A stretch of DNA of 63,505 nucleotides, the filler included, from Folioceros fuciformis (lineage: Eukaryota): NCBI GenBank assembly GCA_049999805.1. It is 8 parts of 8 records of this genome, joined end to end, with 100 filler letters (N's around TTAATTAATTAA, not from the genome) between each part and the next. Parts side by side here need not be neighbours in the genome. Positions count along the whole stretch, not along the records: positions 1 to 6,839 come from JBNGIO010005329.1; positions 6,940 to 12,421 come from JBNGIO010005330.1; 6 more parts are not named here. One strand, given 5' to 3'. Below the pieces are notes generated by a model, which ran no database searches, had not been told where the DNA came from, and worked only from the letters and a program-made list of their open reading frames with translations. Below, in pieces: positions 1 to 11,507 of this stretch (its first letter is position 1; each line of letters starts with the position of its first letter). The position numbers were made by a program, and so were the translations under genes.

Positions 1-231
1 TGTTAAGACTGAAAAGTCTATAACCACGCCACTAGGGTTACTCTGATTAGGGTTAGTTTATTATAGATATTAAATATGATTAACCCCAGATATGAACAGA
101 TATAAGTGAACAGTCACATAGTTTAGTTTTAGTATTTAAACCCTTATTGTTGAGTGTTCAAAATTATTATCAATAATCCTTTTTGCTAATCATGTGATTT
201 TCCTAAGCTCCGCTTTACCTAGATCCTAACA
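1..231 (+). repeat. 5' LTR of Copia-A
   Basis: TGTTAAG...CCTAACA termini, directly followed by the PBS; first 47 nt repeated at 6793-6839. Confidence 0.93.
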
Positions 232-242
232 TGGTATCAGAG
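232..242 (+). promoter_or_regulatory. Primer binding site (tRNA-iMet)
   Basis: TGGTATCAGAG directly after the LTR terminal CA. Confidence 0.95.
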
Positions 243-553
243 TTTATTTTTTTTATTCAGATATTTGATTTGATATATATATTTGTGGAGAGTTTTGTCT
301 ACACAAATATTCAAATGTCCAGACTTGAGTACATATTTCCGCTGCAATTATCTGATATGAGCGGAGCTACTATAGGCCTAGCTACATGCATTTAGGAAGA
401 GAAAATGCGAACTATATAATCCACAGATCATAATTTTTATGGTCTCTGGATCATATGTCAGCATTTTTTCCTCCTAGATAATGCTACATATAGCCTACAG
501 TAAATACATCTGCTACAATCTTGCGATGAGCAGAGTGGAAAAATTAGGCAAAA

Positions 554-982
554 ATGCGTCGTCGTAATTTTGAGAACAAAATCTTGTTTCCTAGATTCGA
601 TTCGAATGCTTCTTGGAAACAAAATGCTCAAAATTTTCGACAAGTGACTCATTTTGATCAGCGATCTACTCGTCACAGACCTGTACAGACGGGGAGACGT
701 CCTTGTGGGATTCGCCACACTGTGCAGCCCTGCTTCAACAATCACAAGCAAGCATTCTGTCCAGGGATCAAACTGCGGCTTAATGACTTCAGCAACCTGC
801 AGTTTCAAGTGCGCAATTTGATCAACAGATGCGTAATTCTGAAGTCCCTTCTAGATGGGTTTCTACTTGGAAGCAATCGAAAGGATGCACAATCAATAGC
901 CGATTTCGAGCCTGCCATAAATCAAGATTTCTACAAGGCATCCACACATCGGAAGGGAGTTCGCAGATCCTTACCTTTCTGA
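554..982 (+). CDS. Copia-A accessory ORF0, 142 aa (Arg-rich N-terminus, helical C-terminal half)
   Basis: ATG ORF between PBS and gag; same position and shared motifs with ORFs in Copia-B, D and E. Confidence 0.65.
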   Translation: MRRRNFENKILFPRFDSNASWKQNAQNFRQVTHFDQRSTRHRPVQTGRRPCGIRHTVQPCFNNHKQAFCPGIKLRLNDFSNLQFQVRNLINRCVILKSLLDGFLLGSNRKDAQSIADFEPAINQDFYKASTHRKGVRRSLPF

Positions 983-1222
983 ATTCGGCTGGATTCGTGG
1001 TCAGCGTTCGGCGTGCGAATCCAGGAAATGCCAGATACGAAAGGGCGCATCCAATCGTTGCACCTCTCCATTTCTAATCCTCCTACTGCGAGAGGTAATC
1101 GTGTCAGTGCAAGGGGCATACAGGCGCGTATCTCAACCGGTACTTACCTGTAACCGTCTTGTCTCGCGGCCTCTGACCTGCACTCGAAGGTCTACCGTTG
1201 GACCTTGCGAATCACTCCGGCG

Positions 1223-4200
1223 ATGAGCACCAGGGGGATACAGTTTGGTTCTGGTGACGAGGATGACTCGGCAGATGCAGACGGCTTGGCCTCTCCCGCA
1301 ATGCGCGCGGGAGGTGGTGGAAGCTCTCCTGCTTCAACTGCGGCTCATCCTGGAGGCGTCGCTACACAAGCTCACGGAACTTTGACGCCTCTCGGGAGAT
1401 TCGGGACAGGGAATACAGGGGGAGCCACCGTTCCNNNNNNNNNNNNNNNNNNNNNNNNNNNNNNNNNNNNNNNNNNNNNNNNNNNNNNNNNNNNNNNNNN
1501 NNNNNNNNNNNNNNNNNNNNNNNNNNNNNNNNNNNNNNNNNNNNNNNNNNNNNNNNNNNNNNNNNNNNNNNNNNNNNNNNNNNNNNNNNNNNNNNNNNNN
1601 NNNNNNNNNNNNNNNNNNNNNNNNNNNNNNNNNNTACAGGGGGAGCCACCGTTCCTGGCAGAGTTCCTGCGGCAGGGGGTGCCTCTTCTGTGCCCGGGGG
1701 TAGCGCCCAGCACATGCCTGGTGCGCCTGCTCTCGAAAGTGGCGGATTGTTTCCGAATCCTCTGGCCGGTTTTTATGCTGCACCGGGAGGCTTCGGGATT
1801 CCAAATTGGTACACAGGTTTGAGTGGAAATTATGGTTCGTTTGGTGGCCCAGCTGGCTATGTACAAGTCCCGCCCGTGCCACCTCCACCTACATTTCCTC
1901 CTGTACCACCTTCAAATCCACCACCACATGTTCCTCCTGTTCCCCCTGTACAACCGACTTCTCCTGGTCCTGGCTCACCAACGGTACCACAGCACGTTTA
2001 TCAGCCTGCTTACACCATTGAGTTCAAAGAACGTGACCGGTTTAATGGAACTAAATACCCTGTCTGGAGCGTACGTATGCGAGCTGCACTTGAAGCTCGA
2101 CACGTTTGGTCAGTTGTGACAGGACAGTACCCTGAACCTCAACCCACTGCCACTCAGGATGATAGAGACAGGTGGGTTAATGCAAACAGCGTTGCTCGTG
2201 CTTTGCTCATTAGTGGGCTGGATGAAGTGCTTGTTCCCGATGTTGCTTATCTCTTAAAGGCTGAGGACATCTGGAGGCAATTGGCACAGACACATGATGT
2301 GAGGAACATTCATACCCTGTGCCATGTACGAACCGAGCTGTTCTCACTGCGCATGAAGGAGGGTGAGAAAGTTGGTACCTTTATTGCCAAGTTCAGGCTC
2401 TTGCGTTCCCAGCTGATTTCATTGGGGACACAACTTGATGACGTCAATGCCGTTGCACAATTACTAAGCAGCTTGCCTCCCACTTATCAGTCCTTTGTAT
2501 CTAGCTACGGTGCCATCCTCAATGCTGCACAACAAGCTGCAGCTCTTGGGTTGGCTCCGCAGATTTCTTTCACTGAAGTGGTTGGCGCCTTACTCCAAGA
2601 AGAGCAGAGTCGGGGCCACCATTCACCTGGAAAGACAAAGGTTGATAAGGTCCTTTACTTGAACAAACAAAAGTTTCAAGGGAAAGGTAAACACCCGTCT
2701 GGTGTTGGTGTTTCCAAACCAGTGACTGGCAAGCGATCTGGCTCCTGTAATTGGTGTGGCATCCAAGGGCACTGGGAACGCGAGTGTAAGAAGAAGAAAA
2801 ACGGAGAACCGAAAAAGGCCGAGAAAACCCAGAAGGTGGTTGAGGCACATTCAGTTTCCAAAGACAGGTCTTCTTACTCCAGTAAGACGCCTGTGGTGAT
2901 GACTGTGTGTCACCATATTTCAGTTTGTGAACCTGACTCATGGTATCTGGATTCGGGAGCAACTTCCCATATCTGCCACAATAAGAACTTGCTTACTAAT
3001 TTCACTCCTACAAGAACAAATGAGAAGGTTCTCTTGGGAGATGAACTTTCACAGACAGGACTTAAAATTCACGGCAAGGGCTCTTGTACCTTTCAACTGA
3101 AGGATGGCACTGCTCTTCAGCTTGATCACGTCTTATATGTTCCTACAATGGCCAAGCAACTTCTGTTTGTCAGCCAGCTTATGAAGCTTCGAAAATTTGA
3201 TCTCAGCTTTTCTGCATCTGGTTGTGCTCTTACGTACACAGGTGCTGCACAAGGTGTTTCCCTAGCTCGTGGGATCTTGGTTGATGACCTTTATAAGCTG
3301 GACATATGCTGTAAACCTGCACACAGCGTTTCTGTGGCTACCAACACACAGTCCTCGTTAGCCCTACTTTGGCATGCTCGTTTAGGACATGCAAATAAAA
3401 ACAGACTTCTAAAAATGTCCACCATGGACTGCTATCGGGAGCCGCTGCCTAAATGTTTTAAGGAACTTCCCCTTTGTGACTCATGTATTCTGGCCAAGCA
3501 AAAGGAGTTACCTTTTCCAACTGCTGTTGCTCACCGGACTTCAAACGTCCTTGATCTTGTGCACACAGACATATCTGGCAAGATACATGTTCCTTCTTTA
3601 GGAGGCTCCAACTACTACCTCACCTTAATTGACGATTATAGCAGATATTGCTGGACATATCCTCTTACTAAGAAATCAGATACCTTCTTGGTGTTTCAAG
3701 AGTGGCTTCCCATGGTTCAGCGTCAGACTGGTCGGCTTCTTCGCTGCTTGCGTTCTGACAATGGGGGCGAGTTTGTGAATCCCGCTTTTGACCAGTTTCT
3801 TGCAGACCGTGGCATCCTGCGCCAGCTTGCCGTTCCCTACACCCAACAACAAAACGGTGTGGCAGAACGTCGTCAGCAAACTCAGCTTGGCATGACTCGC
3901 AGCATGCTTCAGTGGTCTGGACTGCCTAAAGCTTACTGGGCAGAGGCAGTTGTTACAGCAACATATATTTTGAATCATCTTCTTACCGATTCTGTACCAG
4001 GGCGCACTCCTTTTGAAGTCATGTGGCAGTGTCGACCTAGCATACTTCATCTTCGTGTCTTCGGGTCTCCTGCATATGCCTATGTTCCTGCACAAAAACG
4101 CAAGAAGTTAGATGTTCGCGCACGGCTCTTTATTTTTGTTGGTTATGGTGAAGAGACCAAGGCTTATAAGCTCTATGACCCTATCTCTAGGTCATGTATT

Positions 4201-6375
4201 TATGCCCGCAGTGTCACTTTCAAGGAGCTTACTCAGCCTGCTGTTTCCCATCCTGATGATGTTCCTCCTCCCGTCCTTTCTGAGGATGACTTTGACACTT
4301 CTGTTTCCGAATTTCCTCAAGATTTATACATGGTTTCCTCTTCAGAGGGAGTGGCTGCTAGTGGTTCCGGGGGTGATCCTTTACCCTCATCTGCAAATCC
4401 GCAGCATGCTTCGCCGCTTGCATCTCCTTTGCCTGATCAGCAGCAGGAAGATGTTTCAACACCTGCTGATTTAGCTATGTCAGATGATGATTTGCAGGAA
4501 CCTCTCGCAGCACACTCTGAACACTTACCTACTGATGTAGTGGCACCAGCCCCTATGACTGATTTTATGGACGAGGATATTGTTGCTTCAGATGATGACC
4601 AAGATACTCCTGTTCCAAATATTCCCGTCCCTGCCGAGCCTAGGTATCCTAGCAGGACAAGAAACCCTAGATCTCAGTGGCAGGAACGACCATACGAAGC
4701 CATAGATTTTCGGAACATTAGATCTTCCAGATTGGTCACGAAATTACCTGCTGCTTTCTCCTCTTCCTTGGAGCATCCTCCTGAGCCCAGATCATATAAG
4801 GAGGCCATTACAGGTCGCGACAGGGATAAATGGCTTCCTTCCATACAAGATGAGTACAATTCACTTGTCAAAAATGGAACTTGGGAGCTTTGTCCTTTAC
4901 CTGCTGGCCGTAAGGCAGTCAGCTGTAAGTGGATATTTAAGCATAAACTGAATGCTCAAGGACAAATTGCAAGATACAAATCCAGACTCGTTGCTCGAGG
5001 GTTTTCCCAAGTGGCTGGCGTAGACTACACAGATACCTTCAGCCCTGTGGTCAAAACTCAATCCATCAGGATGATTCTAGCTTTAGCAGCTGCTCGTGAC
5101 TGGGATTTAGAACAGATGGATGTATCAACGGCTTTCCTTTATGGAGAACTGGAAGAGGATATCTTTATGGAACAGCCGGAGGGCTTCGTATATCCTCAGC
5201 ATCCAACTTGGGTTTGCAAGCTTAAAAAGACAATATACGGGCTTAAACAAAGCGCAAGGGAATGGTATAAAACTATCGATGCTTACCTTAAATCGATAGG
5301 CTTTACCCAGAGCTCTGCCGATTCCAATGTCTATATCCACATTAGGAAAGGACACATTGTTGTTCTAGCTCTCTATGTTGATGATGCCATTTTAGCATCT
5401 GACAGCCGAGAGCTCATGGATTGGATTAAGCAGATGCTTCACAAACAATACGAGATGCAGGACATCGGAGCTCTTACTTTTGTGCTTGGTGTTCAGCTCC
5501 TACGGGATCGTGCTCAGAAGACCCTTATCTTGCACCAGACAAAGTATATAAATGAAACCCTGCGGCGTTTCCATCTTGATCAAGCAAAACCCGTTAGTAC
5601 CCCAGGAGTAGTCGGTGCAAGGCTTACCTTTGAACATTCTCCACAGACAGATGCCGAATTTCAGGACATGGCAGAAGTTCCATACCGCCATGCCGTCGGC
5701 TGTCTTAATTATATTGCTTGCTGGACTCGTCCTGACATCCAGCATGCCGTCAGCTGTGTTTCGCAGTTCCTCGACAAACCTGGCAAGGAGCATTGGGGTG
5801 CTGTTAAACGCATTCTGCGTTATTTGAAGGGCACATCAACATATGGAGTTTGTTACTGTGGTATTTCTCCAGAGTCTGACTTTGTTCTTCAAGGCTTCGC
5901 TGACGCCGACTGGGCTTCCGATCCAGAGACTCGTCGCAGTCTTTCAGCTTATTGTTTCACTTTATGTGATGCTGTGGTCACTTGGAGTACGAAGAAGCAG
6001 GTCACTGTAGCCCTTTCCTCCACCGAGGCTGAATATAAGGCCTTGACTGAGTCAGCGAAGGAGGCAGAATGGGCCTGCAGTTTCCTTGCAGATCTCCAGT
6101 TTCCCCAGGCTCAACCAACTCGCGTGTATTGTGACAACCAGTCAACAATAGCGTTAGTCGGCAACCCTCGTTTCCATGCCCGCACAAAACATATTGGAAT
6201 CCAGCACCATTTTGTGCGTCACTCAGTTGAGCGCAAGATTGTGAAGATTGAATACATCCCAACAGATCTCAATCTAGCCGACCTGCTTACCAAGGCTCTC
6301 CCTAAGGCTAAGCATATGTTCTTTCTTGAAGAGATGGGGATTACAGATTCCCTTGGGTATCTCCCATTAAGTTGA
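1223..6375 (+). CDS. Copia-A Gag-Pol polyprotein
   Basis: ORF 1690-6375 holds zinc knuckle CNWCGIQGHWEREC, protease WYLDSGA, HARLGH..CDSC, integrase D-D-E (HTDISG/RSDNGGE/NGVAERR), RT YVDD and RNase H ADADW/TEAE/CDN. The 21 nt flanking the N-gap (TACAGGGGGAGCCACCGTTCC) are duplicated; merging them extends the frame to ATG 1223 (inferred start). Confidence 0.93.
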
Positions 6376-6399
6376 CATGCAGTCCGCTGGAGAGCGCAC

Positions 6400-6449
6400 C
6401 AGGTCTTTGCGGATGAAGCCTTCATGCCTGCATCCAATCGCATGGCCTG
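6400..6449 (+). other. 3' UTR stem-loop with GGATGAAGC core (Copia-A)
   Basis: CAGGTC..TGC-GGATG pairs with CATCC..GCA..GGCCTG; similar fold in Copia-B and E. Confidence 0.55.
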
Positions 6450-6452
6450 CTG

Positions 6453-6746
6453 TTATTCTGGCAATGGGATTCGCGCTCCTGCTGCCAATCTCTCCACCAG
6501 ATCAGATCTTCTGCATTGTGCCCTGGTGGCCGCATCTGTCCCATTTTCCGGCTTCACGGTTACCATCAGTGCCAGCTCAATGTCCCATCCTGCTAGGGCG
6601 ATCAGTTTTCTTGCTTCCAGTTTTTTTGTATTTTCGCACTTGTGCCTTGCGCGCCCATTTCCGCAGTCTTTTCTATACGTGCTTGGCGAGCAAGAACAAT
6701 GCAATGGCAAGTGCACAGCTTGAGAGCGCCAGATGCGCTGCTGCAC
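6453..6746 (-). CDS. Putative antisense 3' accessory ORF of Copia-A (97 aa, GTG start)
   Basis: Open frame between pol stop and PPT; stop abuts the hairpin; weak motif match to the Copia-E antisense ORF. Confidence 0.35.
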   Translation of the reverse strand: MQQRIWRSQAVHLPLHCSCSPSTYRKDCGNGRARHKCENTKKLEARKLIALAGWDIELALMVTVKPENGTDAATRAQCRRSDLVERLAAGARIPLPE

Positions 6747-6792
6747 TTATCATCGTTGCTGGTGTTCTGACCGTGTCGTGGTTAAGGGGGTG

Positions 6793-6839
6793 TGTTAAGA
6801 CTGAAAAGTCTATAACCACGCCACTAGGGTTACTCTGAT
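6793..6839 (+). repeat. 3' LTR of Copia-A (truncated by gap)
   Basis: Identical to 1-47, preceded by the PPT. Confidence 0.95.
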
Positions 6840-6939
6840 NNNNNNNNNNNNNNNNNNNNNNNNNNNNNNNNNNNNNNNNNNNNTTAATTAATTAANNNNN
6901 NNNNNNNNNNNNNNNNNNNNNNNNNNNNNNNNNNNNNNN
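6840..6939. other. Artificial contig linker N44-TTAATTAATTAA-N44 (also 12422-12521, 21010-21109, 28663-28762, 35003-35102, 41623-41722, 62222-62321)
   Basis: Identical 100-bp construct seven times; the 12-mer gives stops in all six frames. Confidence 0.97.
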
Positions 6940-7236
6940 TATTATTTAATTATTTAATATTATATCTTTAAATAATATTAAACTAATCACCCAACCCTAT
7001 GGCCCGGTACCGAACCTAAACCTTCCCAGGTCTAGGACCAAACCTATACCCACTCTTATAACCAAACCAACTATTTCCTGGTCAATTAACTTAATTAGCA
7101 CAAAGAAAAATAGGAAAAATGACCAGAAAATCAAGGAAAATTAGGGAAAATAAGTTGAAAAAGAAAACCAAACCATACCACTATTAAACCTTTTTCAACC
7201 AAAACAAACTACTACCCCAAACTTTGGAGGTTCACA
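6940..7236 (-). repeat. Terminus of high-copy LTR family TGTGAACCTCCAAAGTTTGGGG (copy 1)
   Basis: Same terminal sequence at 20909-21009 (+) and 35103-35143 (-), each with different flanks and running into a contig break. Confidence 0.8.
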
Positions 7237-8186
7237 TCGACTGATTACCTCCTGCCCGCGCATCCCCTTTTGCGCTTCCCTTCCTTGGTTCACCACAAAA
7301 CCGCCTCACTCTCCTCAGAAACAAACGCACACACACATGAACAGCAGCAATCTGTTGGACGCCTTCCACCCGCGTGATCTCACACGTTAGATACACCCCC
7401 TGCGGTCTCAATTCAGCTTCTTCATAGCCTCTCCAGTCTCATCGCGACCAATCACACACCACGTCTCATTGCACCCCACACACATTACCCACCTCGCCTC
7501 CGGGGTTTCCCCGACTTTGTTCTCTCTTACCCCACTCACCAATTCTCTGTATACATTCTGCCCGTCTTAACAGTCGTCGAATCACTTCCACTCCGCTTCA
7601 CTTCCTGCTCCATTTCTTTTGGCTTCCTTTTCGCATTCGCTCTTACCCACTACTCGGCCACTCGCTCCTCCTCCTTCTCACACACGCGCACTCCCGCGCT
7701 CTCCTTTCTCCGGTTCTTCAGTCTTCTTTCTCAGCGATGCCCCCTCCTGGGCTCCTATTAACATTGAGGAATGGTGAGGTACCGGGGCTAAGGGAAGAGG
7801 AGTCCCTTCCACTCCGAACTCGCGGATTCGGCTCCGACACCCGCACCACCCCACATGACCACCTCAAGGATAGCTGGGGAGCTTCTCTCCCACTCGGCGA
7901 GGCTCCTCCTCCCGATTCGTCCCCGGGCTTGATCACGGAGCGCCCACCACCTACACCCGCACCCCAGGTTGCTACGTGCGCTCGCTTGCCTGGACCTCTT
8001 GTCCAGCAACGGCCATCGCGAGGTCCCTGCACGGTCGACTATTCGGCTGGTTCTTGCTGATGTCTTAGGCGTTCAAACCGGCCTCTTGTACACGGTGATG
8101 GTGGCAGGGGAGCTGCACTCTTAAATTCTAAGCGACTTAGGTCCTAATAAAGCAAGGTAAAAAAATCCTATACTAGCCTGCATTTA

Positions 8187-10748
8187 CTATCGCCCTTTCC
8201 CACGCCGCTGGCGGCTTCCTCCTGGCCTTCGCGTGTCACCCCTTGCCGCCCCTCCTCTCGCTCTTCTGCCCCTCCGTTGGCCCGGCAGATCCTCCCAGAG
8301 GATCTCCACATCACTGCTGCTGCTGCTGGACCCGGTTGGCGGCGCAGGTGGGTCCCGCCGCTGTGGTCCACCACTCCTCCTCCTTCTCTGGTTGCTGAGG
8401 ACAGCCACAGGCCCCCGTTCTACCCAACGCTGGGCCTCCTCTTCCGTCAGTTCCTCCAGAACTGCCTCCGCATAGCAGTGGGGCAGTCCTGTAACCCACG
8501 AGCTGTAGTGGTAGAGTCCCAGGCTCGTCCTCAACTGTAGGCCATAGCCCCGCGCCCCTCCTGTGCCCATACGTACATACAGAAACAGCTTCAGAACCCT
8601 GGCCCCTTCTACATACAGGCCTGGCACATAGGAGGCCTCCTCCTCATACTGCAGCACAATCCGACCTTCTGTCATAACAGAGGTGCTTACCCCGTCCTCC
8701 CTTGGGCTACCTCGGGTTGCCTGCTCCCCCTCTTGCTGGGGTACTTGAAGGTTCTCTGCCTGCCCAACTGTTGCCTCCTCCGGCTCTATCCTCCTGGTAC
8801 GGGTCACCCTCCTGGAGCGCCTAGGGGCAGGCGCCCCTACTACTTCCTCCTTCGTTTTCCAGGGTTGGTTCTTCAGCTATCCTGGGCCTTGCTGGGCCGC
8901 CGGTAGCCACGTCGGCTACCCGACTACTGGTAGTCCCGTTGACTACCGGAGTACGGGTAGTCCCCTCGACTACCGTTCCCCTGGTTCGGCTACCGGTAGC
9001 CCCTTCTGCTACCGGGGTCGCCAACTGACTCGGACGCCCAGCCTTGCTCTTCCCCTTCACTCTCTCTCTCTGGCCTCATCCTACTCCCGCTTGTATCTGT
9101 CAGCCAACTTCTGAGCCTACTCCACAGCGACTATCTCCATCTCCTGTGCCCTGGCCATTTCCTGTTGCATCTCCAACTTAGTCTCGTGAGCCTCCCTCAC
9201 CTGAGCTAGCACGGTCCCTTGTTGCTCTTTCAGCGCTTGCACTTCAGCCCTCGCCTCGCGCGCCTCTTCCTCAGCTTGAGCCTTCTCCCTGTCAAAGACC
9301 CGCTGCTTCTCCTCCAGTAGTTGCCGTGCCCTCTCCGACTTCGCCTGTTGCCTCCTTGCTTCAGCCTCTCGCTCACGAGCCTTCTCCTCCTTTCCCCAAG
9401 CCTCAGCCTCTCGCTCCGCTTGTACACTTAACCATGTCAGGGCCCTAGCAGCCTGATCCAAGAGGTCTGCTTGGGCCTGCACCATCGCAGCAGTCAGCCC
9501 GGGTAGGTCCATGTCCTGCACCCCTCCGGCGCCCATTCCTCTCGCCGTGATTTGTCTGCCCAGGAATTCTCGCAACTTGTCCAGGTCCCCCACCTGCAAC
9601 CTGTCTCTCTAAGGCTTGCACCTGAAAATGTCCTTCCACCTTGAGGAACCCTCCTGTGCTGAAACGTGCCCTAACTTATCCTCCTGTCTGGAGGAAACTG
9701 TGTCGGCTGCCATCGCCTGATCCGGTGGCTCCTCGGGTCTTGTCTCACCCTGACCTTGCTCTTCCAACCTTCGGTCCTTGATTCCCTGGACAGCTGGTTC
9801 TCGTTCTGCCTCCTGCTGACCCGTCTGCTCCAGGGCTGTCCCCCCTTCCTCCTGATTAGCCCCCATGCTCACACTTTGTCTTCTGGTCCTTTTCCTCATG
9901 GCAGGAGTCTTCTTTTGTGGCGCCATCCTCTTCCTGAGCTTGACTGGGGTTTCCTCCTGCGAGGTATTCCCACTGTCAGCTTCCCAACTGTTGGAGGCAG
10001 CCCTTGCTGGCTCAGTGGGCTTCCACTTCACATCGCGAACTGGCTTCCACAGGTGCAGCAAGGCCAGCCTTTCTAGCTCAGTGACAAGGTTAGCGTAACT
10101 GTACACATGGATTAGAAACGAGGAAATCATAGAAGGTTCAAGGGTGGGTTGGATCAGGTTCTGCCTCTCCTCATCCATCCGGGTGTATAAAATCCTCCCC
10201 CAGTCGATCCTGGTGCCCTTCACTACTTCATGCACAAACAGGAGCATCTGATCGGACAGATAATCCTGTTTGCGTACCTGGAAGAAGCTCAGGAACCACC
10301 TGGCCAATCCCAACAGCTGGGGACTTGCCATGTCGCGCACCAGCCACCCGTTCGCTTCCTTTCTCGTGCCTGCCTTGAGGAGCGTTTCCGCGGCTCCCGT
10401 TTCGCCACGCCTCTTCAGGGACTCTAGCACCAGTCCCCCTTCCTCCTGTTGGTCGCACCCGTAGACCCTCCTAATCAACTCCAAGTTCCATTCCTGGGGT
10501 CTGCTTGTGATCCCCTCCTCGCGTACAGGCTCTATCAGCCTCAGGGCGCACTCCCTGACTAGCTGGGGTGCTGCATGGTTCCACTTCTGGGTCATAAAAG
10601 TCAGACCCAGCTGTGCCACCAACTTTCCTGCCCTGACCTTCCAGTGCTCCATATTTGGCCACAGGAGTAGGTCGATTCGGGGGATAGGAGGCCCCCCCTC
10701 CTGTCTAGAGGCTGCTGCTCCAGGGATCAGTTCAGACCGCGACCTCAT
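8187..10748 (-). pseudogene. Degenerate retroelement accessory gene (plant-transposon-protein-like domain, then coiled coil and low-complexity tail)
   Basis: 379-aa ORF 9609-10748 continues in frame past a TAG into coiled-coil ORF 9117-9599, then fragments 8821-9060 and 8187-8807. Motif LLFVHEVVKGTRIDWGRILYTRM resembles extra ORFs of Athila/Tat-type elements (recognition only). Confidence 0.5.
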
Positions 10749-11507
10749 CCTGGCTGTCCTCCTCCCCTCACGCTTGGGCTCGGAACTCTTCTGTCCTAGT
10801 CACGTTTTGGCTCTTCCTCTGTTCGCCTAGCTCTCTCCACCGCTCGCGCCTTGGAGGTCTCCCACTCTCCTGTGCCTGCTCAACCCTCATGCCCTACGCC
10901 GTCTGCCCCGTCATCCTGGCGCTTTCTCCTCCTTCAGCCGCTTCACGCTTCAAGTTACTCCCGCTCCCCGCGCTTTCGGATGCTGGACAAAGCTCCCCTT
11001 TCTCTAGGGTTTTTATGTCCTACCTGCTTTCTCTCCTTACCGCCCGTCGGGCTACCACCAGTCGTCCCTCCGGCGACGGTTGCCCTGCTGGCTACCGTCG
11101 CCCCGTCGTCTCGGCCCTTACTTCTGCCTAAGTCCACAACTGGCCTGCTCCCTAATCATTTTATTTCCTTATTTCTCCAAAAAAAGGGGGGGGGGGGGGG
11201 AAGCATATATGGAGACCTAAGGGGCCCGGACCACCAAAGGCCAAGGACATACCCCACTCACCTACCTACAGACCTGGTCCTTAATGTTCTTAATGACCCG
11301 AGGGCCAAGGAGGCACTCGCTCATTCCCCCTCCTTGTCCCGGTCTCCAGTACACCCCAAACCCCAAAGCCCAAGAGGGACTTTGGGCATAAACACCCTGG
11401 TCTTGTTTACCTACTAAGCCGATTTGCCTATCCCTTCACAAAAAAAATCACAACCTGCTCATTCCGTCGCTCAAAATGGGGGTTCCGAAAATTTTTTTCG
11501 TTCACAA

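Larger units (their letters stand above)
1..6839 (+). mobile_element. Ty1/copia LTR retrotransposon Copia-A, near full length, apparently intact
   Basis: 5' LTR 1-231 (TG...CA); PBS TGGTATCAGAG 232-242; gag-PR-IN-RT-RH order; PPT AAGGGGGTG 6784-6792; 3' LTR starts 6793 and its 47 visible nt are identical to 1-47 before the gap. Confidence 0.97.

Noticed and set aside
1414-1654. Direct repeats flanking N-gaps (also near 11570 and 37540-37645)
   Set aside because: Most simply unmerged contig overlaps; merging restores the Copia-A gag frame.
6410-6440. SECIS or hammerhead ribozyme reading of the ATGAAG hairpin
   Set aside because: No CUGAnGA/GAAA core, no SECIS GA quartet with apical AA, and land plants lack selenoproteins; kept only as an unknown hairpin.
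6884-6895. Recurring TTAATTAATTAA palindrome
   Set aside because: Always centred in an identical 100-bp N block; an assembly linker, not biology.
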